In this document: positions 35,548 through 45,807 of the stretch, piece after piece | Numbering within the stretch: the first letter of the stretch is position 1 | Layout: each line of letters starts with the position of its first letter | Origin: a virus | DNA: 64,000 bases | Reading direction: 5' to 3' (one strand) | Virus record (IMG/VR): IMGVR_UViG_3300027749_000063 | Coordinates: 1-64,000 of that record | Program-made: the position numbers and the translations under genes | The notes under the pieces: generated by a model | What the model was told of the DNA's origin: nothing | The model's database searches: none | Seen by the model: the letters and a program-made list of their open reading frames with translations, nothing else

Positions 35548-36054
35548 ATGAATGTACAACTAAACATAGAAGCATTAAAAGCCAAAGACTGCGCTTTCTT
35601 ATCTATCTTGGATAACTCTTTATATCCAGTAGCTCCAACTAGTGCAGAAATCAATATCACTCTACCAGGGTTTTCGGATCCATATAATTTTGACTTTATC
35701 TTAGGCGAAGTAAATACATTTACCGCTTATTCTTTTGGTCTTACAGTAGAGGGAACAGATAGCTTTACTCCACTTCCTGATGGTGTGTACAGATTAGAAT
35801 TTGCTCCCTGCCCTAACGTAGGAGTAGCTAACAGGTACCATTTGCGTACTTGTAAAATTGATTGTCGTCTTGGAGTTCAGTGGGCTAAATATGTAGACTG
35901 CTGTGATGATGAGAAGATGTTATATTACTTAGACAAAATTGAGTTTTTGCTAAAGGGAGCTGAGGCACATGCTGATCTTTGCAACCCTGCAAAAGCTACT
36001 GAATTATATATAAAAGCCGATGACCTACTCAGAAGAATTGAGCTTGACTGTTAA
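35548..36054 (+). CDS. tail hub-like structural protein
   Basis: LPDGVYRL motif, Cys-rich helical C-terminus; synteny. Confidence 0.55.
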   Translation: MNVQLNIEALKAKDCAFLSILDNSLYPVAPTSAEINITLPGFSDPYNFDFILGEVNTFTAYSFGLTVEGTDSFTPLPDGVYRLEFAPCPNVGVANRYHLRTCKIDCRLGVQWAKYVDCCDDEKMLYYLDKIEFLLKGAEAHADLCNPAKATELYIKADDLLRRIELDC

Positions 36055-36208
36055 GAAGAAACTAGCTATGGCTGCCTACAAGGAACTACAGCATATCAAG
36101 TACTTAACAAAACCCTATTACAAAAAGTCTAGAGCATTAGCACGCTTTCTTAAGTATGCTGATTGTTTAGACTGCGATACACGTGCAACCCTAAAAATTA
36201 AATTGTAA
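36020..36208 (+). CDS. small hypothetical structural protein
   Basis: 62 aa, overlapping the previous gene. Confidence 0.5.
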   Translation: MTYSEELSLTVKKKLAMAAYKELQHIKYLTKPYYKKSRALARFLKYADCLDCDTRATLKIKL

Positions 36209-36234
36209 TTAAATTGTAATTAAATTGTAAGAAA

Positions 36235-36759
36235 ATGACTAAATGCTGCCCTACCAATAATTGTGTTGAGATCGTTCCTTCTGGGTGCGTCAAATACACT
36301 GGTACTCCTACAGTAGGAGGACTTATAGATTCTTTTGATTCTTGTGATCCTTACCTAAATGACTTGCTTAAGTTATTAGATGATAAGGTAGTTAACTTAG
36401 ATGCTCGTGTAGGATTAAATAAAACTGCATTTGACAATGCTAATACAGCATGTGGACTTACTTCGGTAATCTCTACAACAGGTCTTACAGTTACAGATGA
36501 TAAATATTACTCTTCTGAGGTTGTACTTAAACTTGTAGGAGTTATCTGCGAATTGCGTTCTCGCATGAACTACTTGTCTTCTGGAAATATTAACTCCAAT
36601 CTTGGAAATGTTTATTGGGAAGACTTAGCATTAAGTCCTGATTTTATACTTTACCTTAAAACTAAATGTTTAGGTGATGATCCTTGTGGTGGTGGATTAC
36701 CTACTACACTTGGAGGATTGCTTAGAACTATTATTAACAAACTTTGTACTTGCTGCTAA
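36235..36759 (+). CDS. Cys-rich structural protein
   Basis: CCPTNNC...CVKYTG; C-terminal CTCC. Confidence 0.6.
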   Translation: MTKCCPTNNCVEIVPSGCVKYTGTPTVGGLIDSFDSCDPYLNDLLKLLDDKVVNLDARVGLNKTAFDNANTACGLTSVISTTGLTVTDDKYYSSEVVLKLVGVICELRSRMNYLSSGNINSNLGNVYWEDLALSPDFILYLKTKCLGDDPCGGGLPTTLGGLLRTIINKLCTCC

Positions 36760-36762
36760 CCT

Positions 36763-38649
36763 ATGTCTACTTGTATTGATTGCTACGGAACTACTTCTAT
36801 TGACCCTTGTGGAACTACAGGGTGTATCTCTACCAACTATGGTAAGTGTATAACCTATTCAGGTGCAGATCTTTTTTGTGCTACAGGTGCTGTTAAAACT
36901 TTTAGTGTAACTGGAGTAGCAGTAAACCCTACTGTACTTACTGAGTACACTGTATCTCCAACAGGAGGAGCAGGAAGTTCTTTAAGTGTTAAGGTAACTC
37001 GTACTCCAGGTTCTACTACCTACACAGTGACTTTGGTTTCTGCAGGTTCAGGCTATGCTATTAATGACGTAGTAACTGTTGCAGGAGCTAGCTTAGGGGG
37101 AACTACTCCAGCTAATAACTTATCTTTAGTTATTACCGCATTGGTTCCTTTAATCTCTTCAGTAAATACTATTGACGAAGTTATTGCTAATATTAACTCT
37201 AGACTATGTACTTTAACTTCTGTAGGATTAAACTACTCAGGATTTAACTATGCTTGTCTACGTGTAGGCGGTAACTTAAATAGTATAGGAACTTCTATTA
37301 CAACTGCTCAACAGTTTGCTGAATCTACTTCTGCTGCTTTGTGTTCTTTGAATACTAGAACTCTTGCATTAGAAACTCCTACGTTTGTTGCTGCTTGTGT
37401 ATCTGGGATTACTTCAGGTACTTCTACTCTAAGTCAAATCTTGACTGCTTATGGAACTAAAATATGTTCTATTAACACAAGTGTAGATATGACTGGGGTT
37501 ACAAACAATCCTTGTATCTCGTACTCATTTACTACTAAGCCTTCTACCACTGTAGTTTCAGATTATATTAACTGGGTCACAACTAACATGTGTGGCATGT
37601 TCCAGACTTTAAATACAAGTATTGTTACTGTAACTACTGCAGCAGCTGCTCTTAAGACTTATATCTCAGGGGGGTCTGCTGTTCCTGCATCTATTAATAC
37701 TTCTTGTATTTCAGGAGGATCTGCTACAAGCACTTTGAGTGCAGCAGCTATCTTGTTTACTAGTCAGATTTGTGCAATCAACACTACTTTAGCTTCTATC
37801 CCTGCTTCTAGTTATGCTCTAACTTGGGCTACAAACTTTGGATCAACTCCTTACTATGGTTATACTTTTGGTTTTACTAACAGTTCAGATACTTTAGCTA
37901 ACCAGTTAGGTAAGATTGTTTCTACCTTAGGTAGATTAAAACTTAAGTTAAACTCTGGTGACTTTGTTGCTACTAGTGATTCAGATGGATTAAATGTAGC
38001 TTTGGCTTCAGGAGTAAGATTTGCTTGTTCTCAATTGAGTACTTGTTCTATCTCTGCTTTATCTGATGTAACTACAAGTTCTCCTGCAACCTACCACACT
38101 TTGTTCTGGAATGGTTCTGAGTTTGTAAACAAAGAACTTATCTTTACTTCAACAGGAGGAACAGTAACAGTTACTCGTACTGATAACGTAGGTAATGTAA
38201 CTATTAATTTAGAGTCTTCTGGATCAAGTGGAACAGCTACAGCTGCTACTTTGGTTGCAGGAACTTTGACCAATGCAGTAGTTGCTGCTTCGTTAAGATT
38301 CCCAAGTGGATCTTTACCTAGAGTATCTAAGTTTGGTAAAACAATAACAATTGTAGGAAGTTTGGCTGTTAATGCTACAGGTTCTTTTGCTTGGGCACAT
38401 GGTCAATCTTTAATATTTGCAACAGTTCCTGCAGGATATCTTCCTTTATACCTTCCAGTATTTAACGTATTGATTCTTAAGTATACAACAACTTCAGGTA
38501 CTAACTCGACTGTTGTATATCAAGGAGTAGCATACATAAATAGTAGTGACTTAAGTATAGAGTTGAATAACCCAGCAAGTCCAATATCTTTATCTGTTGG
38601 AGAATCTCTTGAGATATTTATCGGAGGAAATTCTTACGCAGCAATTTAA
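36763..38649 (+). CDS. Cys-rich fibre/spike-like protein
   Basis: CITYSG N-motif, repeated helical IC segments, LSDV...LFWNG knob, beta-rich C-terminus. Confidence 0.65.
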   Translation: MSTCIDCYGTTSIDPCGTTGCISTNYGKCITYSGADLFCATGAVKTFSVTGVAVNPTVLTEYTVSPTGGAGSSLSVKVTRTPGSTTYTVTLVSAGSGYAINDVVTVAGASLGGTTPANNLSLVITALVPLISSVNTIDEVIANINSRLCTLTSVGLNYSGFNYACLRVGGNLNSIGTSITTAQQFAESTSAALCSLNTRTLALETPTFVAACVSGITSGTSTLSQILTAYGTKICSINTSVDMTGVTNNPCISYSFTTKPSTTVVSDYINWVTTNMCGMFQTLNTSIVTVTTAAAALKTYISGGSAVPASINTSCISGGSATSTLSAAAILFTSQICAINTTLASIPASSYALTWATNFGSTPYYGYTFGFTNSSDTLANQLGKIVSTLGRLKLKLNSGDFVATSDSDGLNVALASGVRFACSQLSTCSISALSDVTTSSPATYHTLFWNGSEFVNKELIFTSTGGTVTVTRTDNVGNVTINLESSGSSGTATAATLVAGTLTNAVVAASLRFPSGSLPRVSKFGKTITIVGSLAVNATGSFAWAHGQSLIFATVPAGYLPLYLPVFNVLILKYTTTSGTNSTVVYQGVAYINSSDLSIELNNPASPISLSVGESLEIFIGGNSYAAI

Positions 38650-38658
38650 TAAAAATCT

Positions 38659-38731
38659 TGGCAGGATTTTTTGGTTGGTTTTCCTGTCATCTTGCTAGTA
38701 GGAGCCTGCGAAAGTGGGCTCTTCTAGTTTT
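38659..38731 (+). ncRNA. candidate sRNA (hairpin with U/G-rich loop plus terminator)
   Basis: TGGCAGGA/TCCTGTCA stem, loop TTTTTTGGTTGGTTT, then a GAAA-loop terminator. Confidence 0.5.
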
Positions 38732-38741
38732 AAAATAACCC

Positions 38742-38772
38742 TTGACTTAAACTTAAAATTAAATTATATTTG
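38742..38772 (+). promoter_or_regulatory. Bacteroidota-type promoter
   Basis: TTG-N20-TATATTTG. Confidence 0.7.
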
Positions 38773-38808
38773 TAATGAACCTTAAATTAACCCAAACTAT
38801 ATCCTGAG

Positions 38809-39450
38809 ATGTACACAAATTCAGAATTAATCGGTAGAGTTAAGAGTGCTAACAAGTTTGTTAGTGACGATGACTTAATAACTGATCGTTATATTTATGG
38901 TTTATTAAAAACAAAAGCAGCTACTTTACTACGTAGAGAGATCAATTTGAGAAGGTTGCTTACTTCAGATAATGTTTATCAATCGTATGAGTGTGTACAC
39001 TTGATTGAAGCTAAGGGATCGGAGTGTGATTTGAATTGTCCTATTCGTAGAACCAAATACAAACTACCAAACATAGATGAAGGTTTATATTCATATTTCA
39101 TTCAGGGGGTATTCAATACTTCGAACTCAGAAGAACTTTTCCCCACGACTATTAGAGATTACATCAATCATACCCGCTTACGTTTTAAGACCCCTAAAAA
39201 GTACTACACCATTCGTAATGGATATTTGTATGTTTTAGACCCTGACGTAGAATGTGTTAATATGTACGCTTACTTCACCGAGTCTATAGAAGACTTAGAT
39301 GGTACAGAATGCATGAGTATGTATGATAAACAATTTAAGTTTCCAGGTTATCTAACAGACGCATTAATTGAAATATGTACTCAGTCATTGATGAACTATC
39401 AAAGAATCCCTCAAGATTTGGAAGATAACAACAGAGACGAACCCAACTAA
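38809..39450 (+). CDS. tail ring protein
   Basis: Crassvirales tail-module synteny; KYYTIRNGYLYV. Confidence 0.6.
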   Translation: MYTNSELIGRVKSANKFVSDDDLITDRYIYGLLKTKAATLLRREINLRRLLTSDNVYQSYECVHLIEAKGSECDLNCPIRRTKYKLPNIDEGLYSYFIQGVFNTSNSEELFPTTIRDYINHTRLRFKTPKKYYTIRNGYLYVLDPDVECVNMYAYFTESIEDLDGTECMSMYDKQFKFPGYLTDALIEICTQSLMNYQRIPQDLEDNNRDEPN

Positions 39451-39452
39451 TT

Positions 39453-39944
39453 ATGTCGAAAGACTTCATAAGAAAAAACCAGCAACCCAAAGTAAGACAA
39501 AAAGAGAAAGACACAGCTTCAGATACGAACTATGTCTGTCTTGGTGCTTACGAAATGTTCTTAAGAGAAACCAAACGTAAAGATATCACCTACAGAGAAT
39601 TCTGTGGCATTCCTAAAAGGATACACTTAAAACTTATGGAGAGATTGTTACGTGGTAGATATGCAATTAGATTTCCAAACTTAGGTTCCATTAAAGTTGT
39701 AAAGACAGAAAATGCAATTCCAAAAGGTAAACATACGATTATTAACTGGAAACTCTACCACGAAACTGGTGTCAAAGTGCCTTATAGAAACACACATACC
39801 AATGGTGCCGTCTATAAGTTTCACTTGTATCCTTACTATAAAAGGGTAGTACAGTTTGGCTTCTACGATTTAAGAGTGTCTAACAAACACAAAGCAGTAC
39901 TAGCACAAGCTATAAGAGAAAACAAAATAGACATACAGTCTTAA
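39453..39944 (+). CDS. IHF-like protein (crAss gene 53-like)
   Basis: FPNLGSIKV, INWK, NTHTNGAVYKF; basic; synteny. Confidence 0.7.
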   Translation: MSKDFIRKNQQPKVRQKEKDTASDTNYVCLGAYEMFLRETKRKDITYREFCGIPKRIHLKLMERLLRGRYAIRFPNLGSIKVVKTENAIPKGKHTIINWKLYHETGVKVPYRNTHTNGAVYKFHLYPYYKRVVQFGFYDLRVSNKHKAVLAQAIRENKIDIQS

Positions 39945-39955
39945 AATATAAAAAC

Positions 39956-40792
39956 ATGAATTACGATAACACTAACTTTATTTCATCTGAGCCCTTAATT
40001 GCGGAAGTAAAGCAAGAGTTAAAGTCGTACTTTGAGGCAGGTGCAATAAGTGAAGTGATGATTCCTACTTACATAGATCAATCACTTCGTAAGCTTAGAG
40101 TAATGGTCTTAAAACCAGAAGAATTGGTTTTGTCTTTTCACGATTACAAGTCAGAACTTCCTTGCGACTTTGGGCTACTAGACTACGCTATATACTATGA
40201 CTCCGAGATTTTCTGGTCTCAAGGAGTTAACTCTGTTAGAGGTAGTTGGTATAAGTCTATTCAATGTACTAATGGTTGTACAGATTGCGGACTTAAAGAA
40301 GAGATGTATGAAACAGTATCTGTTGCTACTCCTGGCTTTAAGATTACAATGAAACAACCTACTTGGATTAAGGTTTACTATGGATCTAAGGCTCTCTGTG
40401 TAGAGGACTGTCCTAACCTTAGTACTTCTTCAAATGATGTTATTCAAATTCATCCTAATAAGACTGTCACATCTACGTTTGAAACTGGTTGCATATACGT
40501 TAGATATTTCTCACGTCCAATGGACGATGATAACCTACCTATGGTTCCAGAAATTCTTGAAGTTGAAGAGTATATCAAGTCTTATCTTAAGTTTAAGTTT
40601 TTTGAACAACTTTGGCATTCAGTAGTAGACGAGAGTCAACGTCAGGTAGAAGCTAAGTTTCAGTACTACAGACAAGATCAATTAAACAAGTTGCAAGCAG
40701 CTAACGGTTACTTGTTGACTTATACCAAACAACAGATGGCAGATAACGTAGCTAAGATGCGTAATCGCTTTATTAGATTCCATATTCAATAA
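39956..40792 (+). CDS. tail tubular (ring) protein
   Basis: STFETGCIYVRYFSRPMDDDNLPMVP; directly before the muzzle gene. Confidence 0.75.
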   Translation: MNYDNTNFISSEPLIAEVKQELKSYFEAGAISEVMIPTYIDQSLRKLRVMVLKPEELVLSFHDYKSELPCDFGLLDYAIYYDSEIFWSQGVNSVRGSWYKSIQCTNGCTDCGLKEEMYETVSVATPGFKITMKQPTWIKVYYGSKALCVEDCPNLSTSSNDVIQIHPNKTVTSTFETGCIYVRYFSRPMDDDNLPMVPEILEVEEYIKSYLKFKFFEQLWHSVVDESQRQVEAKFQYYRQDQLNKLQAANGYLLTYTKQQMADNVAKMRNRFIRFHIQ

Positions 40793-40797
40793 ACTTA

Positions 40798-43700
40798 ATG
40801 GAGAATAAAATTAATCAGAACATTGCTGGGTTAAATTTAGATTCAGTTAACTACCAGATAAAGGAGAACATGATTACGTTTGCTTTAAACGCAAATGTTC
40901 AATCTCATGATGGTAACTCAACTACCTATACTAATGAGCCTTCCAATCAGATCTGTTATAATTTTATCAATTTATATCCTGGATTTAAAATTACAGGAAC
41001 CTTAAGTATTACTGAGCAATCTAAGTTAGTTGTTTTTTTAGCACACCCTGATGGACGTTCTCTTATTGGAGTAGTTACAGATTTAAGAAAAGACTGTACT
41101 AGTTTGGTAGAAAGTGAAACAGACTGTGGTTGTGTATCAGGTACTGCACTATCTAGTACGGTAGACTTAGCTGAGGGTTGTTGTACTTTTACTCCTTTAG
41201 TTGTAGACAACTGTTGTGATTGTTCTGACTGTTACGAATACTCAGTAGAAAGCATTTCTAAATCTCCTTACATAGTAAATTATATAGACTGTTCTGGATT
41301 AGAAACTAATATTACTTTTCCTGCAGGACAGGTAGGAGTATTTAGAGCTAGAAAAGATAAGTACACATTAACTTCAGATACAAGTATTGTTTCAGAACGT
41401 TTTATATCTCAGGGAATCTGCGTACCTAAGTCTAGTAAGTGTTGTTTAGGTTTGAGTCCGGACTATCCTGTATACTCTGAATATCGTATAGATAATTGTA
41501 ATACTAAAATATATTTTATTGCTAAGAACATTACTCCTAGATTCTTCTCTTTAGAGGAACCTTATGGTAAAGATCAATGTGGAATATTGTCTGATTGTCT
41601 TTCTGATTCTTGTGAGAGACTAAAATTGTTTCCTGACTTCTGTCAAGCAGACATATATCCTACCTCAATTAACTCAGGTGGATCATTAAAGGGAGGAGTT
41701 TATTCCTTCTCTATTGCTTATGCAGATGAGAAAGGAAAAGAACTTACTGACTATGTAGATTTTTGTAATCCTATTCCAATTTTTGAGAGGTACATTACAG
41801 AACAAACTGAGTATGTAACTTCTAAATCTATTAGAGTTGCTATAGAACACAGTACTGCTATCTTTAATTACTTTAACTTAGTAGTAGCTGAAAACATAAA
41901 TGAAGTAACTACATACCAACTAGTAGGTACTTACAGAGTTAATCAGACTACTAACAAAGATTCTTTAATCTATACAGGAGAATACACTTCTACATTCTCT
42001 TCTATTGTTCCTCTTATTCGTACTCCTCATTATACTAGTGCAGGAATTATTGATAAGCAAACTGACATGTTAATGTTAGCGGATTTAACAGAAACGCCTA
42101 AGTATAACTTTCAGTTACTTGCAAACAATATTAAGTTACGTTGGGAAACAGTGGAGATGCCTGCTGATCAAAAGTTTGATTACTCTAATCCAGAGATTGC
42201 TTATTTCTTCCGTACATATCAAAGAGATGAAGTTTATCCATTTGGAATTAAGTTTAGATTAAAGAACGGAAAGTATACAGATGTATTCCATATTCCAGGA
42301 AGAGTTGCTTCTGGTTCTGATACAGCTACCTTATCAAAAGGATCTAGTTTAGATGTATTTACTGTTGCAAACGATTGTACTGTAGAGAAAGATCTTCCTA
42401 CTTGGAAAGTATATAACACAGCTACTGCAGGTCTCACACCTCCTAGTAATGAACCTTCTATACAAGAAGCTCAGTACAGTTGTAAGATTACTGTAAAAGA
42501 CTCAGGAGAGTTTGCTTATTGGGAATCTACTGAGACTTATCCTTGTTACACAGAAGTATGGGGAGCATTAGCTGAACAACCTATAAGATTTCATAAGTTT
42601 CCTGAGAATGCAATTTCTCACATACATGCAGACAGTAAAGATTTAATTTACCCTATTGGAGTACGTATCCTTGAGAGTTTGTTTGAAGCAGACTTAAATA
42701 CATTTACAGTATACGATCCTTTAAACACTTATGGTAATAATCAGATTCCTGTTAAGGAACTTATCTGTGGCTACGAGTTAGTAAGAGGTAATCGTGTAAA
42801 CAATAAATCAGTTATTGCTAAAGGTCTTATTTACGATGTCGGAACTTTTGAAGATGTTAAATCAGGTAAGAAGTTTTACTACCCTAACTATCCTTACAAC
42901 GATATTAGGGAAGATGGTTATATTAAATCTAACCCAGATTGGTACAATGCAGCAGATAGAGGAGAAAAGAATAATAGCATTCCAGGAATGAGTCTCCACA
43001 AAGGATTCAATACTATTGGATCTCGTTATACATTCCACTCTCCTGATACACATTTCCAACTTCCTAAAATTGGTACAGAACTTAAAATAGAAACTTTAGA
43101 GTTTGGTAAAGTACAGGGAAAGTTTGTTCCTGTATTAGATCATCCTCAATATAAGTTTTTAACTAAAGCTGACTATGCTTTGTCTGCTGTTTTATCAAAT
43201 GCACTTTCTTTAGCTTTTGAAAGCAAAGCTACGGTTGCTGACGCAGGAAGTATTATTAAGACAGATGCACTTTCAATTCTAACTAACAATCAAATATTTA
43301 TAGATCTGATTGAGAGACTAATTCCTAATACAAACTTTGCTTATCAGTTTAACTCCGTAGGAAAGTATACAAGTTTTAGACCTATAACTACTAGAGGAAA
43401 CAGAAGACGTTTCTTGGATATTGGACTTTATGCTAATGATAAGATAGTAGAGTTAAATGATGACAAACCTTTACATAATCGTCTAAGAGAAACTTCAGTT
43501 TATCTCAAGACTAGTGCTGGATTCTCTCAAGAGTTTACGTCTATCCAAGATAACACTCGTTACACAATAGGAGAAAAAGGATTAGAAGATAATCCAGAAA
43601 AAGTAACAGAAAGCGATACAAGAGCTTACTACGCTTCTATTAAAAGAGAATTCCCAAATCAGTATGGACAGATAGAAAACATTAGATATATTTCTACAGG

Positions 43701-45804
43701 TTATATCTGTGATGTAACTCTTAGTCTAGGAGGTACTGCAAAGATTCTTAAGAAGTATTATCCTGCTTTTGGTGGAGATACTTATATTAATAAGTTTGCT
43801 CTTAAACGTAAACACTCTTTTTTTACTCGTAATTTAGCTAATCTTCCTGCTAAAGTAAATAACGTTCCTTTTGATTATTGGTTGTTTCCTAACTTAGGAT
43901 ATCCTACTTACTACATAGGAGAGTCTCCAGAAGAACTGGATGCTGCTATTATCTCAAGTGCAGTAACAGGAATTGGAGCAGCAGCAGCTACCGCAATAGC
44001 TGCCGCACTTACAGGAGCAGCTAGTGGAATTGCTCTTAATGCTATTATTTCTGGAGCACTTGGTACTATTTATAGCTTGTTTGTAAAGAAAAATAACTTA
44101 GATGCAGATCCTCAAGAGTTCTTCTATCAGAAAGGATTCTTCTACACAGCATCTTATGGTATTCCAGTATTCTACGTAGAGTCTGACATTAACGTAGACT
44201 TACGTCATGGAAGAAATGACCTAGAAGAAAACTTCTACCCTAATGTAGGAGATGGTATTCCTGACGATTGGTTGCATGAAGTAAACGTACCTATTAAGTT
44301 TGATAACTTCTACAGCTACAACGCTACTTACTCTGCACAGAACTTAAGTCCTAACTTCCCTTATAGATTAAAGTATCCTTCTTTAGAGTGTCTTACTTAT
44401 CATCAGAATAGAGTTATCTATTCTGATCCTGCAAATGCTTCTAACTATCTTTCAGATGCTTGGAGAGTATTCCGTTCTGGTAATTTTTATGATTTTCCTA
44501 AGCAAGGAGGTCGCTTAATAGATTTGAATGCAGGAGAGAACGAAAGAGTATATGCTAGGTTTGAAAATACAACTAAAGTATACAACTCTCGTATTACACT
44601 AAGCACTACTTCGCCTTATCAGTTAGAGATTGGTAATGCAGAAATGTTTAAACAAAAACCTGTAGAACTTTCTAAGACAGACTTAGGTTATATAGGAACT
44701 CAACACAAAGCTTATGTTAAGTGTGAGTATGGAACATTCTGGGTAGATGCTAAGCGTGGTCACATCTATCAAATTACAGGAGATGGATTTAACGAGATTA
44801 AAACAGAGAATAACTTTAACTGGTTTAAAAATAATTTACCTTTTAATATCCTTAAGAACTTTCCTGATGCAGACATAGATAATCCACAGTCAGGATTAGG
44901 TATTGTAATGGGATGGGATGAAAGATACGAAAGAGTATTTATTACTAAGTTAGATTATTTAGTACGGAAAGATCTAGTAGGTATTATAACTTACGAAGAT
45001 AGAAAGTTTTACTACCAAGAAATAAACTTAAGGATAGAAGTCCAGTTAACAGATCCTACTTACTTTGAGAATAAGTCTTGGACAGTTGCCTACTCTCCTA
45101 AACTTAAAAACTTTATTTCATTCTATTCTTTCCTTCCTAACTTCTTTGTTCCTTTGTTAGGTCATTTCCAAACTATTATCAACACAGGAACAGGTTCAAG
45201 TCTTTGGAACCATAACCTTTCTGTTTATACTTATCAGACTTATTACGGAATCTTGTACCCTTATATTCTAGAGTATTGTGTAAACTCTTTTCCAGTAGCT
45301 TCATCTATTAACTCAGTAACTATCTTAGAAGATATCCAAGAGTACTATTCAGACTATGAGTACTATTCTTTAGGAACCACAAATAATACTAACTTAGCAA
45401 ACTTTACTAAGGCTATTATTTATAATAAAGAACAGTCTTCTGGAGTTATTAAGTTGATTCCTGAGATCTTTGGTAACACAAGACAAAAGATAACCTATCC
45501 TAGAATGACAGCAACAGGCATAGAAGCGCTTATCTCTCGTAGAGAACACGTGAGTACCTTCAATGGATTTTGGAACGTTGCAGCGCAAGGAAATGGACAA
45601 CCTTTATGGTCTACTCAGTGGAGTGACTTAGTAACTCAATATCCAATTGATAAAGTTCCTAATACAAAGAGTGTAAGACCTGTGTCTGTATCTTACCAGA
45701 AGAGTAAAATTAAATCAGACTTTGCTAGAATTAGACTAATACAAGATGCTTACTCTAGATTTAAGTTTATCAATACAATCCAAATAACACAAACCAATCC
45801 ATAA
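40798..45804 (+). CDS. tail stabilization / muzzle protein
   Basis: 1668 aa; GLNLD, YQRDEVYPFGI, FHIPGR, IRFHKFP, FGGDTYI, SWTVAYS...FISFYSFLP. Confidence 0.85.
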   Translation: MENKINQNIAGLNLDSVNYQIKENMITFALNANVQSHDGNSTTYTNEPSNQICYNFINLYPGFKITGTLSITEQSKLVVFLAHPDGRSLIGVVTDLRKDCTSLVESETDCGCVSGTALSSTVDLAEGCCTFTPLVVDNCCDCSDCYEYSVESISKSPYIVNYIDCSGLETNITFPAGQVGVFRARKDKYTLTSDTSIVSERFISQGICVPKSSKCCLGLSPDYPVYSEYRIDNCNTKIYFIAKNITPRFFSLEEPYGKDQCGILSDCLSDSCERLKLFPDFCQADIYPTSINSGGSLKGGVYSFSIAYADEKGKELTDYVDFCNPIPIFERYITEQTEYVTSKSIRVAIEHSTAIFNYFNLVVAENINEVTTYQLVGTYRVNQTTNKDSLIYTGEYTSTFSSIVPLIRTPHYTSAGIIDKQTDMLMLADLTETPKYNFQLLANNIKLRWETVEMPADQKFDYSNPEIAYFFRTYQRDEVYPFGIKFRLKNGKYTDVFHIPGRVASGSDTATLSKGSSLDVFTVANDCTVEKDLPTWKVYNTATAGLTPPSNEPSIQEAQYSCKITVKDSGEFAYWESTETYPCYTEVWGALAEQPIRFHKFPENAISHIHADSKDLIYPIGVRILESLFEADLNTFTVYDPLNTYGNNQIPVKELICGYELVRGNRVNNKSVIAKGLIYDVGTFEDVKSGKKFYYPNYPYNDIREDGYIKSNPDWYNAADRGEKNNSIPGMSLHKGFNTIGSRYTFHSPDTHFQLPKIGTELKIETLEFGKVQGKFVPVLDHPQYKFLTKADYALSAVLSNALSLAFESKATVADAGSIIKTDALSILTNNQIFIDLIERLIPNTNFAYQFNSVGKYTSFRPITTRGNRRRFLDIGLYANDKIVELNDDKPLHNRLRETSVYLKTSAGFSQEFTSIQDNTRYTIGEKGLEDNPEKVTESDTRAYYASIKREFPNQYGQIENIRYISTGYICDVTLSLGGTAKILKKYYPAFGGDTYINKFALKRKHSFFTRNLANLPAKVNNVPFDYWLFPNLGYPTYYIGESPEELDAAIISSAVTGIGAAAATAIAAALTGAASGIALNAIISGALGTIYSLFVKKNNLDADPQEFFYQKGFFYTASYGIPVFYVESDINVDLRHGRNDLEENFYPNVGDGIPDDWLHEVNVPIKFDNFYSYNATYSAQNLSPNFPYRLKYPSLECLTYHQNRVIYSDPANASNYLSDAWRVFRSGNFYDFPKQGGRLIDLNAGENERVYARFENTTKVYNSRITLSTTSPYQLEIGNAEMFKQKPVELSKTDLGYIGTQHKAYVKCEYGTFWVDAKRGHIYQITGDGFNEIKTENNFNWFKNNLPFNILKNFPDADIDNPQSGLGIVMGWDERYERVFITKLDYLVRKDLVGIITYEDRKFYYQEINLRIEVQLTDPTYFENKSWTVAYSPKLKNFISFYSFLPNFFVPLLGHFQTIINTGTGSSLWNHNLSVYTYQTYYGILYPYILEYCVNSFPVASSINSVTILEDIQEYYSDYEYYSLGTTNNTNLANFTKAIIYNKEQSSGVIKLIPEIFGNTRQKITYPRMTATGIEALISRREHVSTFNGFWNVAAQGNGQPLWSTQWSDLVTQYPIDKVPNTKSVRPVSVSYQKSKIKSDFARIRLIQDAYSRFKFINTIQITQTNP

Positions 45805-45807
45805 CCT

